NCBI GenBank assembly: GCA_902766425.1
Contig: CACXDS010000224.1
Coordinates: forward strand, 130-64,129
Direction of reading: 5' to 3'
From: an uncultured Lachnospiraceae bacterium
Lineage (GTDB): Bacteria; Bacillota; Clostridia; Lachnospirales; Lachnospiraceae
DNA length: 64,000 nt
Shown here one piece after another: positions 9,916-20,133 of this stretch. Position 1 is the first letter of the stretch, and every line of letters starts with the position of its first letter. Position numbers and translations under genes: made by a program. The notes beneath the pieces are model-generated. The model did not search any database. It was not told the DNA's origin and was given only the letters and a program-made list of their open reading frames with translations.

Positions 9916-11820
9916 TTGGAAGAAAATAAAGTGACAAAAGAGGAAAACAATACAACGGAAAGCAAGATCACCAAAGAAAGTATAAATGCCTTATTTGAGA
10001 CCTTAAAGAATAATGCCGCAGTGGTAAACGACTGGAATGACCGCCTGATGGATTCCTGTGAAGAGGAGTCCTGGGGAGATACCGTAGCTGAACGCTCCAA
10101 GATTCTCCGTCAGGTCTATCAGGAAAACGAAAAGATTTGCAGTGAATTCTGGGATTCCCTGCCCCCCAGACTTTACGGAGAAGAAATTGATCTCCTGTTT
10201 GACCTGATGCATCAGCTGCACTCCAATATGCTCTTTATCGTTTCCTTCGGTCTTCGCCTCGGCAGATTACTGCTCCCCTATTATGAGGACAGGCAGGATT
10301 ATGGACGGATCGTATTTCTGAACTACGCTCTCGGCTACGGTAATTATCTTCTGTTCGACCGAACCCTGAATGTGGATGGACCTTCCGACTGGCTTTCTTA
10401 CTTTGAGAAGGTGACCGAATATGAGACACATTATGCTGAGATTAACGAAGAAAGCTTTCGCGGCATCTTTTATACCGCTTATCTGAATCTCCTTCAGTAT
10501 TCAGGCAATTATCCCTCTCTGGCCGGCAGAACTCATGAATTCTACCAGAGAGCACATGACCTTTGGGCAAGTGAAGCTGTGCAGGCCATTGATTCCGGCA
10601 CCGCTTCCATCCAGTCCAAAATGGCTGAAATTGAAGATCAGTATCTCTATCTGCTGACCATTGATCCTTCCCTTGTCGCCGATGTGGAAGAATACTGCAC
10701 ACTGGCCGAGCAGGCTCTGAAAAAATCCGGCCGCGTCAATGTAAAGAGTGATCCCACAGGCTTTTACAAGATTATGGAAAACAACACCAAGCGCCTCCGT
10801 AAGCAGAGTACGGACGAGGCCAGCCTACAGGCGATCTCAGACTACATATTAAAGGCGATCCCTCCTCTTAATTTCGAGAAGGGTGATTCCAAACGAACCT
10901 ATCAGCTCTTAATGAATGAGCATATTTCATACGCCTATGGAGTAAAACTCCTGCAGGGACTTCCCGCAGAAAAGCAGAGTCTGCTGGACAAAGCCATGGT
11001 GCGAGTGATTGAGGATAGTCTCCATACTCCTTATGCCTTTTATCATGCGGAGCTCAACTGGGTATTCTTTTCGTTCTACGGTCTTACTAAGCCCTATATC
11101 AAGGACGAAGAGACCAAGCGTAGGATCTTGATGAATTTGATCCTTTGCCGTCAGCCCATTACCTGTTTCCAAAGCAAGATGGTTTCCGGGATCGCATGTT
11201 CCATTGCGGAATCCGCTCTTGCAAGGAAGCCTGAGCTCTTTGTTGGACTGCCGGGCTATGACAATGTTGATGCTGTCAAAAACGGCCGGAAGGAACTACT
11301 CTCTCAGATTGAAAAATGCGGGATTTTACATGATATCGGGAAATGCCGTGTAGCCGTTGTGATCAATACCCAGGATCGCCGCCTGACAGAGGATGAATTC
11401 GGTATCTTAAAATATCATCCTCAGCTCGGTGCAAAGCTTCTCTCCAATGACGAAGCCTTTGCTCCCTATCAAGATGTGATCCTTGGGCACCATAAGACCT
11501 ATGATGGACAGGGTTATCCCAATCATTTCGATAACACTGCATCACCCATGAGAATTCTGATTGATCTGATCAGTATCGCGGACAGTACCGACGCTGCGAC
11601 CGATCATTTGGGGCGTAACTATTCGGAGGGGAAGGATTTTTCCAAGCTTTTGGAGGAGCTGAAGGAGGGAGCCGGAACACGCTATAATCCGGACCTTGTC
11701 TCCATTATCTGTGAAGATAAGAAGCTTCAAAAGGAATTGGAGGAGCTGACCTCCAAAGGTCGTCTCGGGCTCTATCAGCAGACCTGCAAGGAAATCTTAA
11801 ATATGCATAAGAATGCATAG
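9916..11820 (+). CDS. HD-GYP-like domain protein with a long, probably helical N-terminus
   Basis: C-terminal LHDIGK, YHPQLG, GHHKTYDGQGYP, IADSTDA, GTRYNP. TTG start after AAAGGGGG. Confidence 0.85.
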   Translation: MEENKVTKEENNTTESKITKESINALFETLKNNAAVVNDWNDRLMDSCEEESWGDTVAERSKILRQVYQENEKICSEFWDSLPPRLYGEEIDLLFDLMHQLHSNMLFIVSFGLRLGRLLLPYYEDRQDYGRIVFLNYALGYGNYLLFDRTLNVDGPSDWLSYFEKVTEYETHYAEINEESFRGIFYTAYLNLLQYSGNYPSLAGRTHEFYQRAHDLWASEAVQAIDSGTASIQSKMAEIEDQYLYLLTIDPSLVADVEEYCTLAEQALKKSGRVNVKSDPTGFYKIMENNTKRLRKQSTDEASLQAISDYILKAIPPLNFEKGDSKRTYQLLMNEHISYAYGVKLLQGLPAEKQSLLDKAMVRVIEDSLHTPYAFYHAELNWVFFSFYGLTKPYIKDEETKRRILMNLILCRQPITCFQSKMVSGIACSIAESALARKPELFVGLPGYDNVDAVKNGRKELLSQIEKCGILHDIGKCRVAVVINTQDRRLTEDEFGILKYHPQLGAKLLSNDEAFAPYQDVILGHHKTYDGQGYPNHFDNTASPMRILIDLISIADSTDAATDHLGRNYSEGKDFSKLLEELKEGAGTRYNPDLVSIICEDKKLQKELEELTSKGRLGLYQQTCKEILNMHKNA

Positions 11821-11825
11821 AAATG

Positions 11826-11875
11826 AAAAAGCCCCGGCAAGCCTTCCATCCGTTTCAAAAGCTTACCGGGGCCTT
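11826..11875. terminator. Intrinsic terminator between convergent genes
   Basis: aaaaa-gccccggcaagc...gcttaccggggc stem. Confidence 0.7.
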
Positions 11876-11892
11876 ATTATGTCACATTCTTT

Positions 11893-13395
11893 TTAGAACT
11901 TAATTGTTCTGGAAGGTGCGGTAAAGGAGGAGAAGGTAGCTGTGGCATTTTCAAAATATAGTACCTCTGTATTGTCATCCTCCGCAGAATACATTCCCTT
12001 TAAGTTGGGATAAGCGTCCAGCATATGTGCTTTCGCTTCCACTCTGTCGTCGCGCACCAGCTTTCCAGCTACCCGAAGCCATGTACCCTCTGCAAACGCA
12101 CAGATCTCCACATTTGGGTTCGCCTGAATCTGTTTAGAAACCTCTTTGACCTTACCCGTCTGAATATAGAGCCGTCCCTCAAAGAGATCGATGGTACCAA
12201 AGGGTCTTACTCTGGGCTGATCTCCCTCCATAGTGGCAAGATAATAAACGCCACATTGTTTTAAAAACTCATATACCTCTTGCATGTCATTTCCTCCTTT
12301 TTTCTCTTCCGGCATTCCGGTCACCTCGAAATCCTTCTCCGGCGCCTCAAAGTGCCATTCGTCAATAGCTTCCTTTTTGACCACAACCTCCAGTACCTTG
12401 TAGTAGGCCTCCTTTGCCTCGCCCTTTCCACAAAATAGCAGGGGGTAGCTGGTCTCCCGCCTAAAGCCCGTCAGCCAGCTGTTCTCATCCAGCAGATTCC
12501 AGAAGGTCACAGAGGTAATATTGGCCTTCCCGGTTTTCTTGGCGTTCACCAGGATCTCAAATAATCTCTGATAACGCAGAGCCAACTGGTGCATGGACTC
12601 CTCAGAAGGATCCGCATTATGCATATCCAGCTCCGTAATATGAACCTGAAGCCCCGTTGCACCGTACATTTCCAATGCAGTCTCATAGGCCCTCCAGTCA
12701 GGATGATCCATCAACAGATGGGACTGAAGCCCCACGCCATCGATCAAGCCCTTTTCCTTCAGCGGAATCAGTATCTCCTTAAGAATCAAATCTCTCTTCC
12801 ATTCCTGAGAGGTCTCGTAGTCATTATAAAAGAGAGCCACATTTTTGTCCGCATATTCTCTGGCGAACTCAAATGCTTTTTGGACAAAATCCCTACCAAC
12901 AGTTTTCAGCCAAAGGGACTGTCTGAAATCCCCCTCATCAATTGCCTCATTCACCACATCCCAGGCATAGATCACACCGGGATAGTTTTCCTGCACAAAC
13001 TGTAGCACGCCGCGAATATAATGCTCCAATCTGGCAAGCATGGTCTCCCGATCCGCCAATTTCCGGTTCTGGTCATAATCTTCATAAAAGAACCATTTGG
13101 GTGTCTGATTATGCCATACCAAAGTGTGCCCCCTCATGGCAATCCCACTCTCTTTAGCGAAATCCAGATAAGGAATCGCTTTTTCAAAGGTAAGGGCAGG
13201 TGTGAGCCGATGCTCCTCGGGATGAAGAAGATTCTCTCTCTTATCCAGATAATACATGGGTTTCATGTCATTTTCACAGGTAAAGCTGTTAAACTGTTCC
13301 AGCAAAAGTGCTCTGTGAGCCGGCGTATACAGATTCCATCTGGAAATAGCCGCACCCATCTTAAAAAAAGAAGCATAGGCTGTTTTCAAATTCAT
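11893..13395 (-). CDS. GH10 endo-1,4-beta-xylanase (no signal peptide) fused in frame to a NimC/NimA-like pyridoxamine 5'-phosphate oxidase family domain
   Basis: ENDMKP, RGHTLVWH, WDVVNE (acid/base), YNDY, HITELD (nucleophile). Last 130 aa MQEVYEFLK..YLAT..PRVRPFG have their own AGGAGG RBS and ATG at 12285. Confidence 0.9.
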   Translation of the reverse strand: MNLKTAYASFFKMGAAISRWNLYTPAHRALLLEQFNSFTCENDMKPMYYLDKRENLLHPEEHRLTPALTFEKAIPYLDFAKESGIAMRGHTLVWHNQTPKWFFYEDYDQNRKLADRETMLARLEHYIRGVLQFVQENYPGVIYAWDVVNEAIDEGDFRQSLWLKTVGRDFVQKAFEFAREYADKNVALFYNDYETSQEWKRDLILKEILIPLKEKGLIDGVGLQSHLLMDHPDWRAYETALEMYGATGLQVHITELDMHNADPSEESMHQLALRYQRLFEILVNAKKTGKANITSVTFWNLLDENSWLTGFRRETSYPLLFCGKGEAKEAYYKVLEVVVKKEAIDEWHFEAPEKDFEVTGMPEEKKGGNDMQEVYEFLKQCGVYYLATMEGDQPRVRPFGTIDLFEGRLYIQTGKVKEVSKQIQANPNVEICAFAEGTWLRVAGKLVRDDRVEAKAHMLDAYPNLKGMYSAEDDNTEVLYFENATATFSSFTAPSRTIKF

Positions 13396-13425
13396 GCTGC
13401 GCATCCCCTCCTGTCTGTTATTTTG

Positions 13426-13458
13426 AAAAAGCCGATTCCTGATCGGAACCGGCTTTTT
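13426..13458. terminator. Intrinsic terminator downstream of telA
   Basis: aaaaagccgattcc-tgatc-ggaaccggcttttt. Confidence 0.75.
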
Positions 13459-13527
13459 CTCCGGGCATCGCTGGTTTGATCAAACTCGGAATAGACCTAA
13501 TTAACTCAACACCAATGCAGTCAACGC

Positions 13528-14709
13528 TTATTTCTGACCAAGACTTCCCTTACTGATGGTCAAAAGCTTCTCCTTCATCTCATTCTCAATTCTGGTAAGC
13601 TCTACCTCTGCGTTGGCTCTTCTCGTTCTGCCCTCCTCCTGGATCTTCATTACTTCGTCCAGAGTACTGATCAGCGTCTGGTTGGTAGCGGTCAATGTCT
13701 CGATATCCACAATACCTCTCTCGTTCTCCTTCGCAGTCTCGATAGTGGCGATCTTCAGAGTCTCCGCATTCTTCTTCAGCAATGCATTGGTCATATCAGA
13801 AACCTCTCTCTGCGCTTTTGCTGCATCTGTAGAATGATTGAGACCGATGGCAATCACCATCTGGCTCTTCCAAAGAGGAATGGTATTTACCAGAGTGGAT
13901 TGGATTTTCTCGCTCATCGCAGTGTCATTGGTCTGGATCAGGCGGATCTGCGGCGCCATCTGAAGGGAAATCGTTTTGGTCAACTCAAGATCATATATCT
14001 TCTTCTCAAAGCGATCGATCTGAGCGGAGAAATCTCTTGCCGCCTGAGTATCCTCGGGAAGTCCGCTCTCCTCTGCCTTTTTCACCAGTGCTGGAAGCTC
14101 CACTGTCTTGGCATGCTCCAGCTTCTGCTTACCGGCCAGAATGTACATGGAGAGCTCTTTATAATACTGCATATTCAACTCATACATCTTATCCAGCATT
14201 GCAATGTCTTTCAAAAGCGTAACCTGATGACCTTCCATCACCTTACAGATCTTGTTCACATTTACTTCTGCTTTGTCGTATTTCGCCTTAAGGTCGGAGA
14301 TCTTTGCGGTGCTTTTCTTGAAGAGATTGCCAAAGAAGCCCTTGTCCTCCTCATCCTCAAAGCTGCGCAGCTCTGCTACTACATCCGTGAGCATCTTGCC
14401 CACTTCGCCCATATCCTTGGTGCGCACATTCCCCAACGCACTCTCTGAAAAATCTGCTATCTTTTTCTGGCTGCCGGAACCATACTGCATTACCTGCTGA
14501 GTGTTCGTCAAGTCAATCTGTGCAGCAAAATCATCAACCATCTTCTGCTCTTGGGGGGTCAGAGATACTTCCTGCACCACGGGCTTTGCCTCCTCCTTCA
14601 CCCCATCCGGCGTCAGCGTCATTGCGCTGATCGCATCCGCAGGGCTTGGAATGGGATCCAAGGTCAGTGTAGGCGCTGCGTTCAGCATTTCATCCAAATC
14701 ATTACTCAT
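13528..14709 (-). CDS. Toxic anion resistance protein (TelA/YaaN family)
   Basis: YGSGSQKKIADFSE, QMAPQIRLIQ, TIPLWKSQ, ENERGIVDIETL. Confidence 0.92.
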   Translation of the reverse strand: MSNDLDEMLNAAPTLTLDPIPSPADAISAMTLTPDGVKEEAKPVVQEVSLTPQEQKMVDDFAAQIDLTNTQQVMQYGSGSQKKIADFSESALGNVRTKDMGEVGKMLTDVVAELRSFEDEEDKGFFGNLFKKSTAKISDLKAKYDKAEVNVNKICKVMEGHQVTLLKDIAMLDKMYELNMQYYKELSMYILAGKQKLEHAKTVELPALVKKAEESGLPEDTQAARDFSAQIDRFEKKIYDLELTKTISLQMAPQIRLIQTNDTAMSEKIQSTLVNTIPLWKSQMVIAIGLNHSTDAAKAQREVSDMTNALLKKNAETLKIATIETAKENERGIVDIETLTATNQTLISTLDEVMKIQEEGRTRRANAEVELTRIENEMKEKLLTISKGSLGQK

Positions 14710-14738
14710 TTGCATATCCTCCCTGTTTTTTATATGTC

Positions 14739-16220
14739 CTAGCTTTCCCAAGGTGCCTTCAAAGCCATTTGCACCTCAGGCTGCTCCGGTTCCATGGTAA
14801 GTGAAAAAGGTGTTTCTTCCTCTTCCGGCACATGCTCCTCCACCGGCTGTGCGCTCATCTCCCTGCGCAAGCCTTCCCTGGAAAGCATGGTCTGCAACAC
14901 CTGTGCATCCGTAGTTGCATCGAAAACTTCATCCTGAAACAGATTGTTCAACAGCTCTGTGAAAGCTTCATTGATGATTCCCAGAGTCTTTAGGATCTCA
15001 TTCTTTGCTCCCTGAATATCACGCCCCGGAGTCTCTACCTTCTCAAACTGTACATAGGCCTCCACCAGCTTTACCGTGGTGGGAAGATAGTACTCCATCA
15101 GCTTGTGCATACGATTCATCTGCTCCGGGTGCTGCTTCACCCGCTCAAAGATCTGCTTCAGAAGACCTTCCAGCTGGGAGAGCTGAGAGGTAACCTCCTG
15201 ACCCGGAATGGCATCATTCAATTCCCTTAGCCTGCGCACATACTCCATTCCCTCAGCGATCATGGAGTTCAACTCGTTTTCCTCTGCGGTCTTCTCATCA
15301 ACAGCCTGTTCCTGTGCGGTCATTCCCTGATTCTCCGCCGCCTTCATCTCTCGGTTCATCTGCTCCCGCATCTGATAAGCCTGAGCCGTTTCGGTATATT
15401 GCCGATATACCTCATCGCTGAGAATAAAGCAGGTTTCCTGTGCATCCAAATGACCCTCGGGAAACATTCCTGCATTCAGCATTTTCTTGAGATCCTTGCG
15501 AACAAAGCTTACGCTCTTTCCCGTCTGTGAAGCTAAAAAAGATACATCCGCATACATCTTGTCACCGCAGAGCTGTATGTATCGCTGCGCCCTGCTAAGC
15601 CGTTTTCTCTGCCTGCCTCCCTTTCCCAAAAAGCTGATGGAGAAGGCCAGCGTAAGGGTGGAAAAGAAGGCAAAGGGAGCCAACGCACCCGACCCTGCAA
15701 AAAACAGAATCATGGAAACAAGAGCAAGTGAACATCCCACTCCTAAGCCCAGAGCTCCAAATACGGTATATAGCACATTCGAAACACTTCCGACCTGTTT
15801 GAATTTTGCCTTGACCACCTTGGGCGGTCTGGGAGTTCTCTCTATCTCACCGGCGCCGTTATTCTCTGCCTCCTGCTGAGCCCTCTGTCGTCTGCTCTCC
15901 TCCGCTCTGCGCCTGCTCTCGATCTGGGCCTGTCTGATCCGGCGCCACTCTTCCCGGCGCTCCTCCTGTCTTCTTCTGATCTCTTCCTGCTGTTGTAACC
16001 ATCTTGCGTGGTTTTCTTCATTGATCTGCCTGTATTGTCTCAGGGATTCCTCCCTTGCGGCCCGTTCAAAATCAGCTTGCCTTTTTGCTTCCTGTACCGC
16101 GTCATTGACTGTTCCGGACACCAGGTTATTTAATTGTCTAAAATCACCCGAATTCAATGCATCCGCAACTGAATCCAGAATCTGCTCTCCAAGATTTCTC
16201 CAATCCGGTTCCTTGCTCAT
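14739..16220 (-). CDS. 5-bromo-4-chloroindolyl phosphate hydrolysis family protein (XpaC-like)
   Basis: Coiled-coil N-terminus, two hydrophobic helices, C-terminal YYLPTTVKL motif. Directly upstream of telA. Confidence 0.8.
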   Translation of the reverse strand: MSKEPDWRNLGEQILDSVADALNSGDFRQLNNLVSGTVNDAVQEAKRQADFERAAREESLRQYRQINEENHARWLQQQEEIRRRQEERREEWRRIRQAQIESRRRAEESRRQRAQQEAENNGAGEIERTPRPPKVVKAKFKQVGSVSNVLYTVFGALGLGVGCSLALVSMILFFAGSGALAPFAFFSTLTLAFSISFLGKGGRQRKRLSRAQRYIQLCGDKMYADVSFLASQTGKSVSFVRKDLKKMLNAGMFPEGHLDAQETCFILSDEVYRQYTETAQAYQMREQMNREMKAAENQGMTAQEQAVDEKTAEENELNSMIAEGMEYVRRLRELNDAIPGQEVTSQLSQLEGLLKQIFERVKQHPEQMNRMHKLMEYYLPTTVKLVEAYVQFEKVETPGRDIQGAKNEILKTLGIINEAFTELLNNLFQDEVFDATTDAQVLQTMLSREGLRREMSAQPVEEHVPEEEETPFSLTMEPEQPEVQMALKAPWES

Positions 16221-16251
16221 TTCAATATCTCCAACCAATCATACTATAAAA

Positions 16252-17172
16252 TCAATACTGTTTTTTATTCTTCAATTCTTCGTACAAAAGTCGATAATTC
16301 TCATATCGTATTCTTGATATATCACCAAGCTCAACGGCGTTTTTTACACCGCATACCGGCTCAGTCAGATGGGAACACCCGCCAAAACGGCATTCCCCCA
16401 AGTGTTTTTCAAATTCGGGATAATAGCCGCTCAGTTCTTCCTTTTTCATTTCAAAAAGCTCCAAGGAACTGAAGCCCGGCGTATCAAATATAAAACTATC
16501 TCGGTCAATCTGTAATAGTTCGGAATGCCTTGTGGTATGCTTTCCCCTGTCTATCTTCTCGCTCAGCTCCCCCGTTTCCATGGTGCGTTTCCCCAAGAGC
16601 AGATTGATCAGGGAGGATTTTCCCACACCGCTGGGCCCTGCCACTGCAGTAATTTTGCCCTTCAGCCTTTCCCTCAGTTCCTCAAGACCTTCTCCCTCAT
16701 GCGCGCTCACAAAAAGCAACGGGTTTCCACATTCTTTATACTCTTTTTTGTACTTCTTGGCAAGACCTTCTTCGTCAAGATCCAATTTATTAAAGCAGAT
16801 CAGACATGGAATCCCCTGCCTTCCCATCATCACCAGAAATCGATCCAGCAAATTCAGATTAGGACTGGGTCTGGTCAGTGCGAAAATCACCAAAGCCTGA
16901 TCCACATTTGCCACAGCAGGCCTGATCAATTCACTCTTTCTCGGTAAAAGCTCTCTGATATTGCCAATCTTCTTCTCTGCATCGATCACTTCCATCTCCA
17001 CCAGATCCCCCACCAGGGGTTTCCTGTGATCCTTGCGAAAAACACCTTTTGCCTTACATTCATACAGTTCTTCGCCAATCACGACATAATAGAAGCCTGC
17101 GATGCCCTTTACGATCTTTCCGGAGACAACCTCGCCCCTCAAATTCCTGTCCTGTTTCAGTCTGTTCTGCAT
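16252..17172 (-). CDS. rsgA: Ribosome small subunit-dependent GTPase A
   Basis: RPAVANVD, NKLD, GPSGVGKSS, RGKHTT, DTPG, CRFGGCSH.EP.C zinc finger. Start uncertain. Confidence 0.95.
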   Translation of the reverse strand: MQNRLKQDRNLRGEVVSGKIVKGIAGFYYVVIGEELYECKAKGVFRKDHRKPLVGDLVEMEVIDAEKKIGNIRELLPRKSELIRPAVANVDQALVIFALTRPSPNLNLLDRFLVMMGRQGIPCLICFNKLDLDEEGLAKKYKKEYKECGNPLLFVSAHEGEGLEELRERLKGKITAVAGPSGVGKSSLINLLLGKRTMETGELSEKIDRGKHTTRHSELLQIDRDSFIFDTPGFSSLELFEMKKEELSGYYPEFEKHLGECRFGGCSHLTEPVCGVKNAVELGDISRIRYENYRLLYEELKNKKQY

Positions 17173-17177
17173 CCTGC

Positions 17178-19337
17178 TTATTCTTCCGTAAAATCAATTC
17201 GTCTGGTGAAGCTCTTTTCCACCGTGCTGCTGGCGCCCACCACCGTCTCATCTGTTGTGGGATCCGTGCTGGTCTCCCCCGGCATAGTTACTGTATAGGT
17301 AACAGTCAGGATTCCTCCCGGAGAATCCACATTTTTATAGTTCAGCGAATATGGAAAGCTGGTGGTCTTGGTGTCCAACAGAACATCTCCTGTATCGGTT
17401 ACCAGCTTCAATCTCACCTCCGTACCGGAACGATAGTCCGGTGCTTCTGCAGCGTTAGGCGCTTCAATAGCGGTATTGCACTGATATGAGTGTTTTTCTC
17501 CCAGGCTGACTCTGATATCAATGGATGTCCCTTCATCCACATAGACTCCTGCCGAATAGCTCTGATAGCAAATGATTCCCGCGGGATACTTATCATCAAA
17601 TACTTTTGTGATGCTGCCAATATTCAGACCGCTTTCTATGGCGATCAGCGTTCCGGCTGTCTGCTCGTTTCCTACCAGGGAAGGCACCTTCTTCATCACA
17701 TTCTCTTTCCCCTTGCTCACATAGATGGTGACAGCGCTACCCTTAGGTGCCTTTCCGTTTCCGGTACTGGCCGGGTTTTGATTAAAAACCATTCCTTCTT
17801 CCAGATCAGAATATTCATTTACCTTATATACGGAAAATCCTGCCTGAGACAGCATGCTGGTGGCATCCGCCTCCCAATAGCCCGTCACATCCGGAACCAG
17901 CACTCCCTCCACACCGGAGCTCACAGTCAAAGTCACAGTACTGCCCACTTCGATCATACTGCCCGGCTCCACATCGGCGCTGATCACATCCCATTCCCGG
18001 ACCACATCGGATTCCACATACTTCTTGGAAACAATCATCCCCAGCGCAGTGATCTTGCGTCCTGCCTCATCCTCTGAGAGCCCTTCCACCTTGGGCATCT
18101 CACGATAGACCACTTCCCTGGTCTGTGTTTCGAGTTGCACACTCTCCGTGCTCTCCTCTGTAATGATGGGCGAAGTAAGGCCCTTCTTTGCCGAAGATCC
18201 CTCCCCGTTTTTTTGGGGCAGAATATAATCCAAAAGCTGTTTCCCAAGAACAATAATAATGACAAGAATGATGATCCCCACAATGACTGCGATCACTGCA
18301 GTGATCTTCTCCAGCTTCGACATGCCGCCGTTCTGCTCCGAATATCCCTGCTGATCATCATACTCCTCGTCGACATAATCCTCCCTGTCCCCGGGATAAT
18401 TTCTCCCTCCGTCAGAATAGGGATCCGCACCATTTCTCACCTGCATGATCTCCCGTTCGGTGACAGGCCTTGTTCCGGCGTCCATATTGGGATCGCCAAT
18501 GATCACAAAATCCTCGTCCGGTGTGATCAGCGCCTGTTTTAAATCCTTCACAAGCTCCCCCATATTCTGGTAACGCCTGTCGGGAGATTTCTGACAGCAT
18601 TTTAAAATAATGGACTCCACAGCCACTGGAATATCCGGCGCAAATTCGCTGGGATAGGGCAACTCCTCCTGAATATGCTTGATAGCTATAGCCACGGTGG
18701 TATCCCCATTAAAGGGAACTCTTCCTGTCACCATTTCAAACATGGTGATTCCCAGGGAATAAATATCACTTTTTGCGTCACTGTATCCGCCTCTGGCCTG
18801 TTCGGGAGAGGTATAATGCACTGACCCCATAACATTGGAAGTAATAGTATTACTGGAGGCTGCCTTCGCAATGCCGAAATCCGTGACCTTCACCTTTCCA
18901 TCCTTGGAAATAATAATATTCTGGGGTTTGATATCCCTGTGAATGATATTGTTATTGTGAGCTGCCTCAATCCCCAGACTGACCTGGATCGCAATACTGA
19001 CAGCCTCTTTATAGGATAATCTGGACTTTTTCTCAATATATTTTTTTAAGGTGATGCCTTCGATCAGCTCCATTACAATGTAATGAATACCGTTTTCTTC
19101 CCCCACATCATAGACATTTACGATATTGGGATGCATCAAGCCTGCGGCTGCCTGTGCTTCAATGATAAACTTCGAAACGAAATTTTCATTTTCCGCAAAT
19201 TCCTGCTTCAGCACCTTTATGGCCACAAACCGATTCAATTTATGACATTTCGCTTTATATACATCTGACATGCCACCGGTACCGATCTTTTCCAGGATCT
19301 CATATCGATTGCCTATCATCATTCCTATCTTTACCAT
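17178..19337 (-). CDS. pknB: Stk1/PrkC-family Ser/Thr kinase with PASTA domains
   Basis: GTGGMS, VAIK, HRDIKPQN, DFG, GSVHYTSPEQ, a TM helix and PASTA repeats. Confidence 0.95.
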   Translation of the reverse strand: MVKIGMMIGNRYEILEKIGTGGMSDVYKAKCHKLNRFVAIKVLKQEFAENENFVSKFIIEAQAAAGLMHPNIVNVYDVGEENGIHYIVMELIEGITLKKYIEKKSRLSYKEAVSIAIQVSLGIEAAHNNNIIHRDIKPQNIIISKDGKVKVTDFGIAKAASSNTITSNVMGSVHYTSPEQARGGYSDAKSDIYSLGITMFEMVTGRVPFNGDTTVAIAIKHIQEELPYPSEFAPDIPVAVESIILKCCQKSPDRRYQNMGELVKDLKQALITPDEDFVIIGDPNMDAGTRPVTEREIMQVRNGADPYSDGGRNYPGDREDYVDEEYDDQQGYSEQNGGMSKLEKITAVIAVIVGIIILVIIIVLGKQLLDYILPQKNGEGSSAKKGLTSPIITEESTESVQLETQTREVVYREMPKVEGLSEDEAGRKITALGMIVSKKYVESDVVREWDVISADVEPGSMIEVGSTVTLTVSSGVEGVLVPDVTGYWEADATSMLSQAGFSVYKVNEYSDLEEGMVFNQNPASTGNGKAPKGSAVTIYVSKGKENVMKKVPSLVGNEQTAGTLIAIESGLNIGSITKVFDDKYPAGIICYQSYSAGVYVDEGTSIDIRVSLGEKHSYQCNTAIEAPNAAEAPDYRSGTEVRLKLVTDTGDVLLDTKTTSFPYSLNYKNVDSPGGILTVTYTVTMPGETSTDPTTDETVVGASSTVEKSFTRRIDFTEE

Positions 19338-19351
19338 AAAACTTCTCCAAC

Positions 19352-20089
19352 CTATGCTTCTGCTTGGGATTCCACCAAAATAACAGAAATATTATCCTTG
19401 CCGCCGTTTCCGTTTGCGGCATCCACCAGCATCTTAGCCTTTTCCTCCAAAGGCCCTACACTGTTGACGATCATACTGATCTCTTCATCCTCAAGCATAT
19501 TACTCAATCCATCCGAACACAAAAGTATTCTGTCACCGGACTTTAATTCCAATTCAAAAAAATCCGGTTCCACTGAGGCCATCACCCCGACAGCCTTGGT
19601 GATAATGTTCTTTTTGGGATGTATTCTTGCCTTTTCTTTAGTCAAAACACCCTTCTTTACCATTTCCTCCACAAGAGAGTGATCCACAGTAATCTGCCGG
19701 ATTCCCTCCTGACTGACTACATAGAGCCTGCTGTCTCCCACATTCATTACCAACAATCTTTCTTTATCCAGCGTTGCAGCTACCACAGTGGTTCCCATTC
19801 CCTCCAGGTCTACAGAATGCCTTGCATCCGCATAGACTCTTTGGTTGGCTGCCTCCAGGGCGCTGCGTAGAATTTCCTTCCTGTCCTCTAGCTTGCAGAT
19901 CCCTATCTGCTCCACCATGATCTCCACTGTCTCTCTCGATGCGTGATCCCCCGCCTTATGTCCTCCCATTCCGTCCGCTACAAGAAATAAATTCGGGAGG
20001 AGGCCGATGGGCTCAGTGGTCTCAAAGACATAATCCTCATTCAATTGTCTTTTCCGCCCGATATCCGTTATGGAAAAAGCCTTAAGCAC
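19352..20089 (-). CDS. stp: Stp1/PrpC PP2C-type Ser/Thr phosphatase
   Basis: TDIG.KR..NED, VADGMGGH, GMGTT, NVGDSR, LCSDGL, GGKDN. GTG start inferred. Confidence 0.93.
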   Translation of the reverse strand: MLKAFSITDIGRKRQLNEDYVFETTEPIGLLPNLFLVADGMGGHKAGDHASRETVEIMVEQIGICKLEDRKEILRSALEAANQRVYADARHSVDLEGMGTTVVAATLDKERLLVMNVGDSRLYVVSQEGIRQITVDHSLVEEMVKKGVLTKEKARIHPKKNIITKAVGVMASVEPDFFELELKSGDRILLCSDGLSNMLEDEEISMIVNSVGPLEEKAKMLVDAANGNGGKDNISVILVESQAEA

Positions 20090-20133
20090 TCCTATTGTCC
20101 TCCTATGTTCTCTGCTACTGCCACAGAGCAGTC

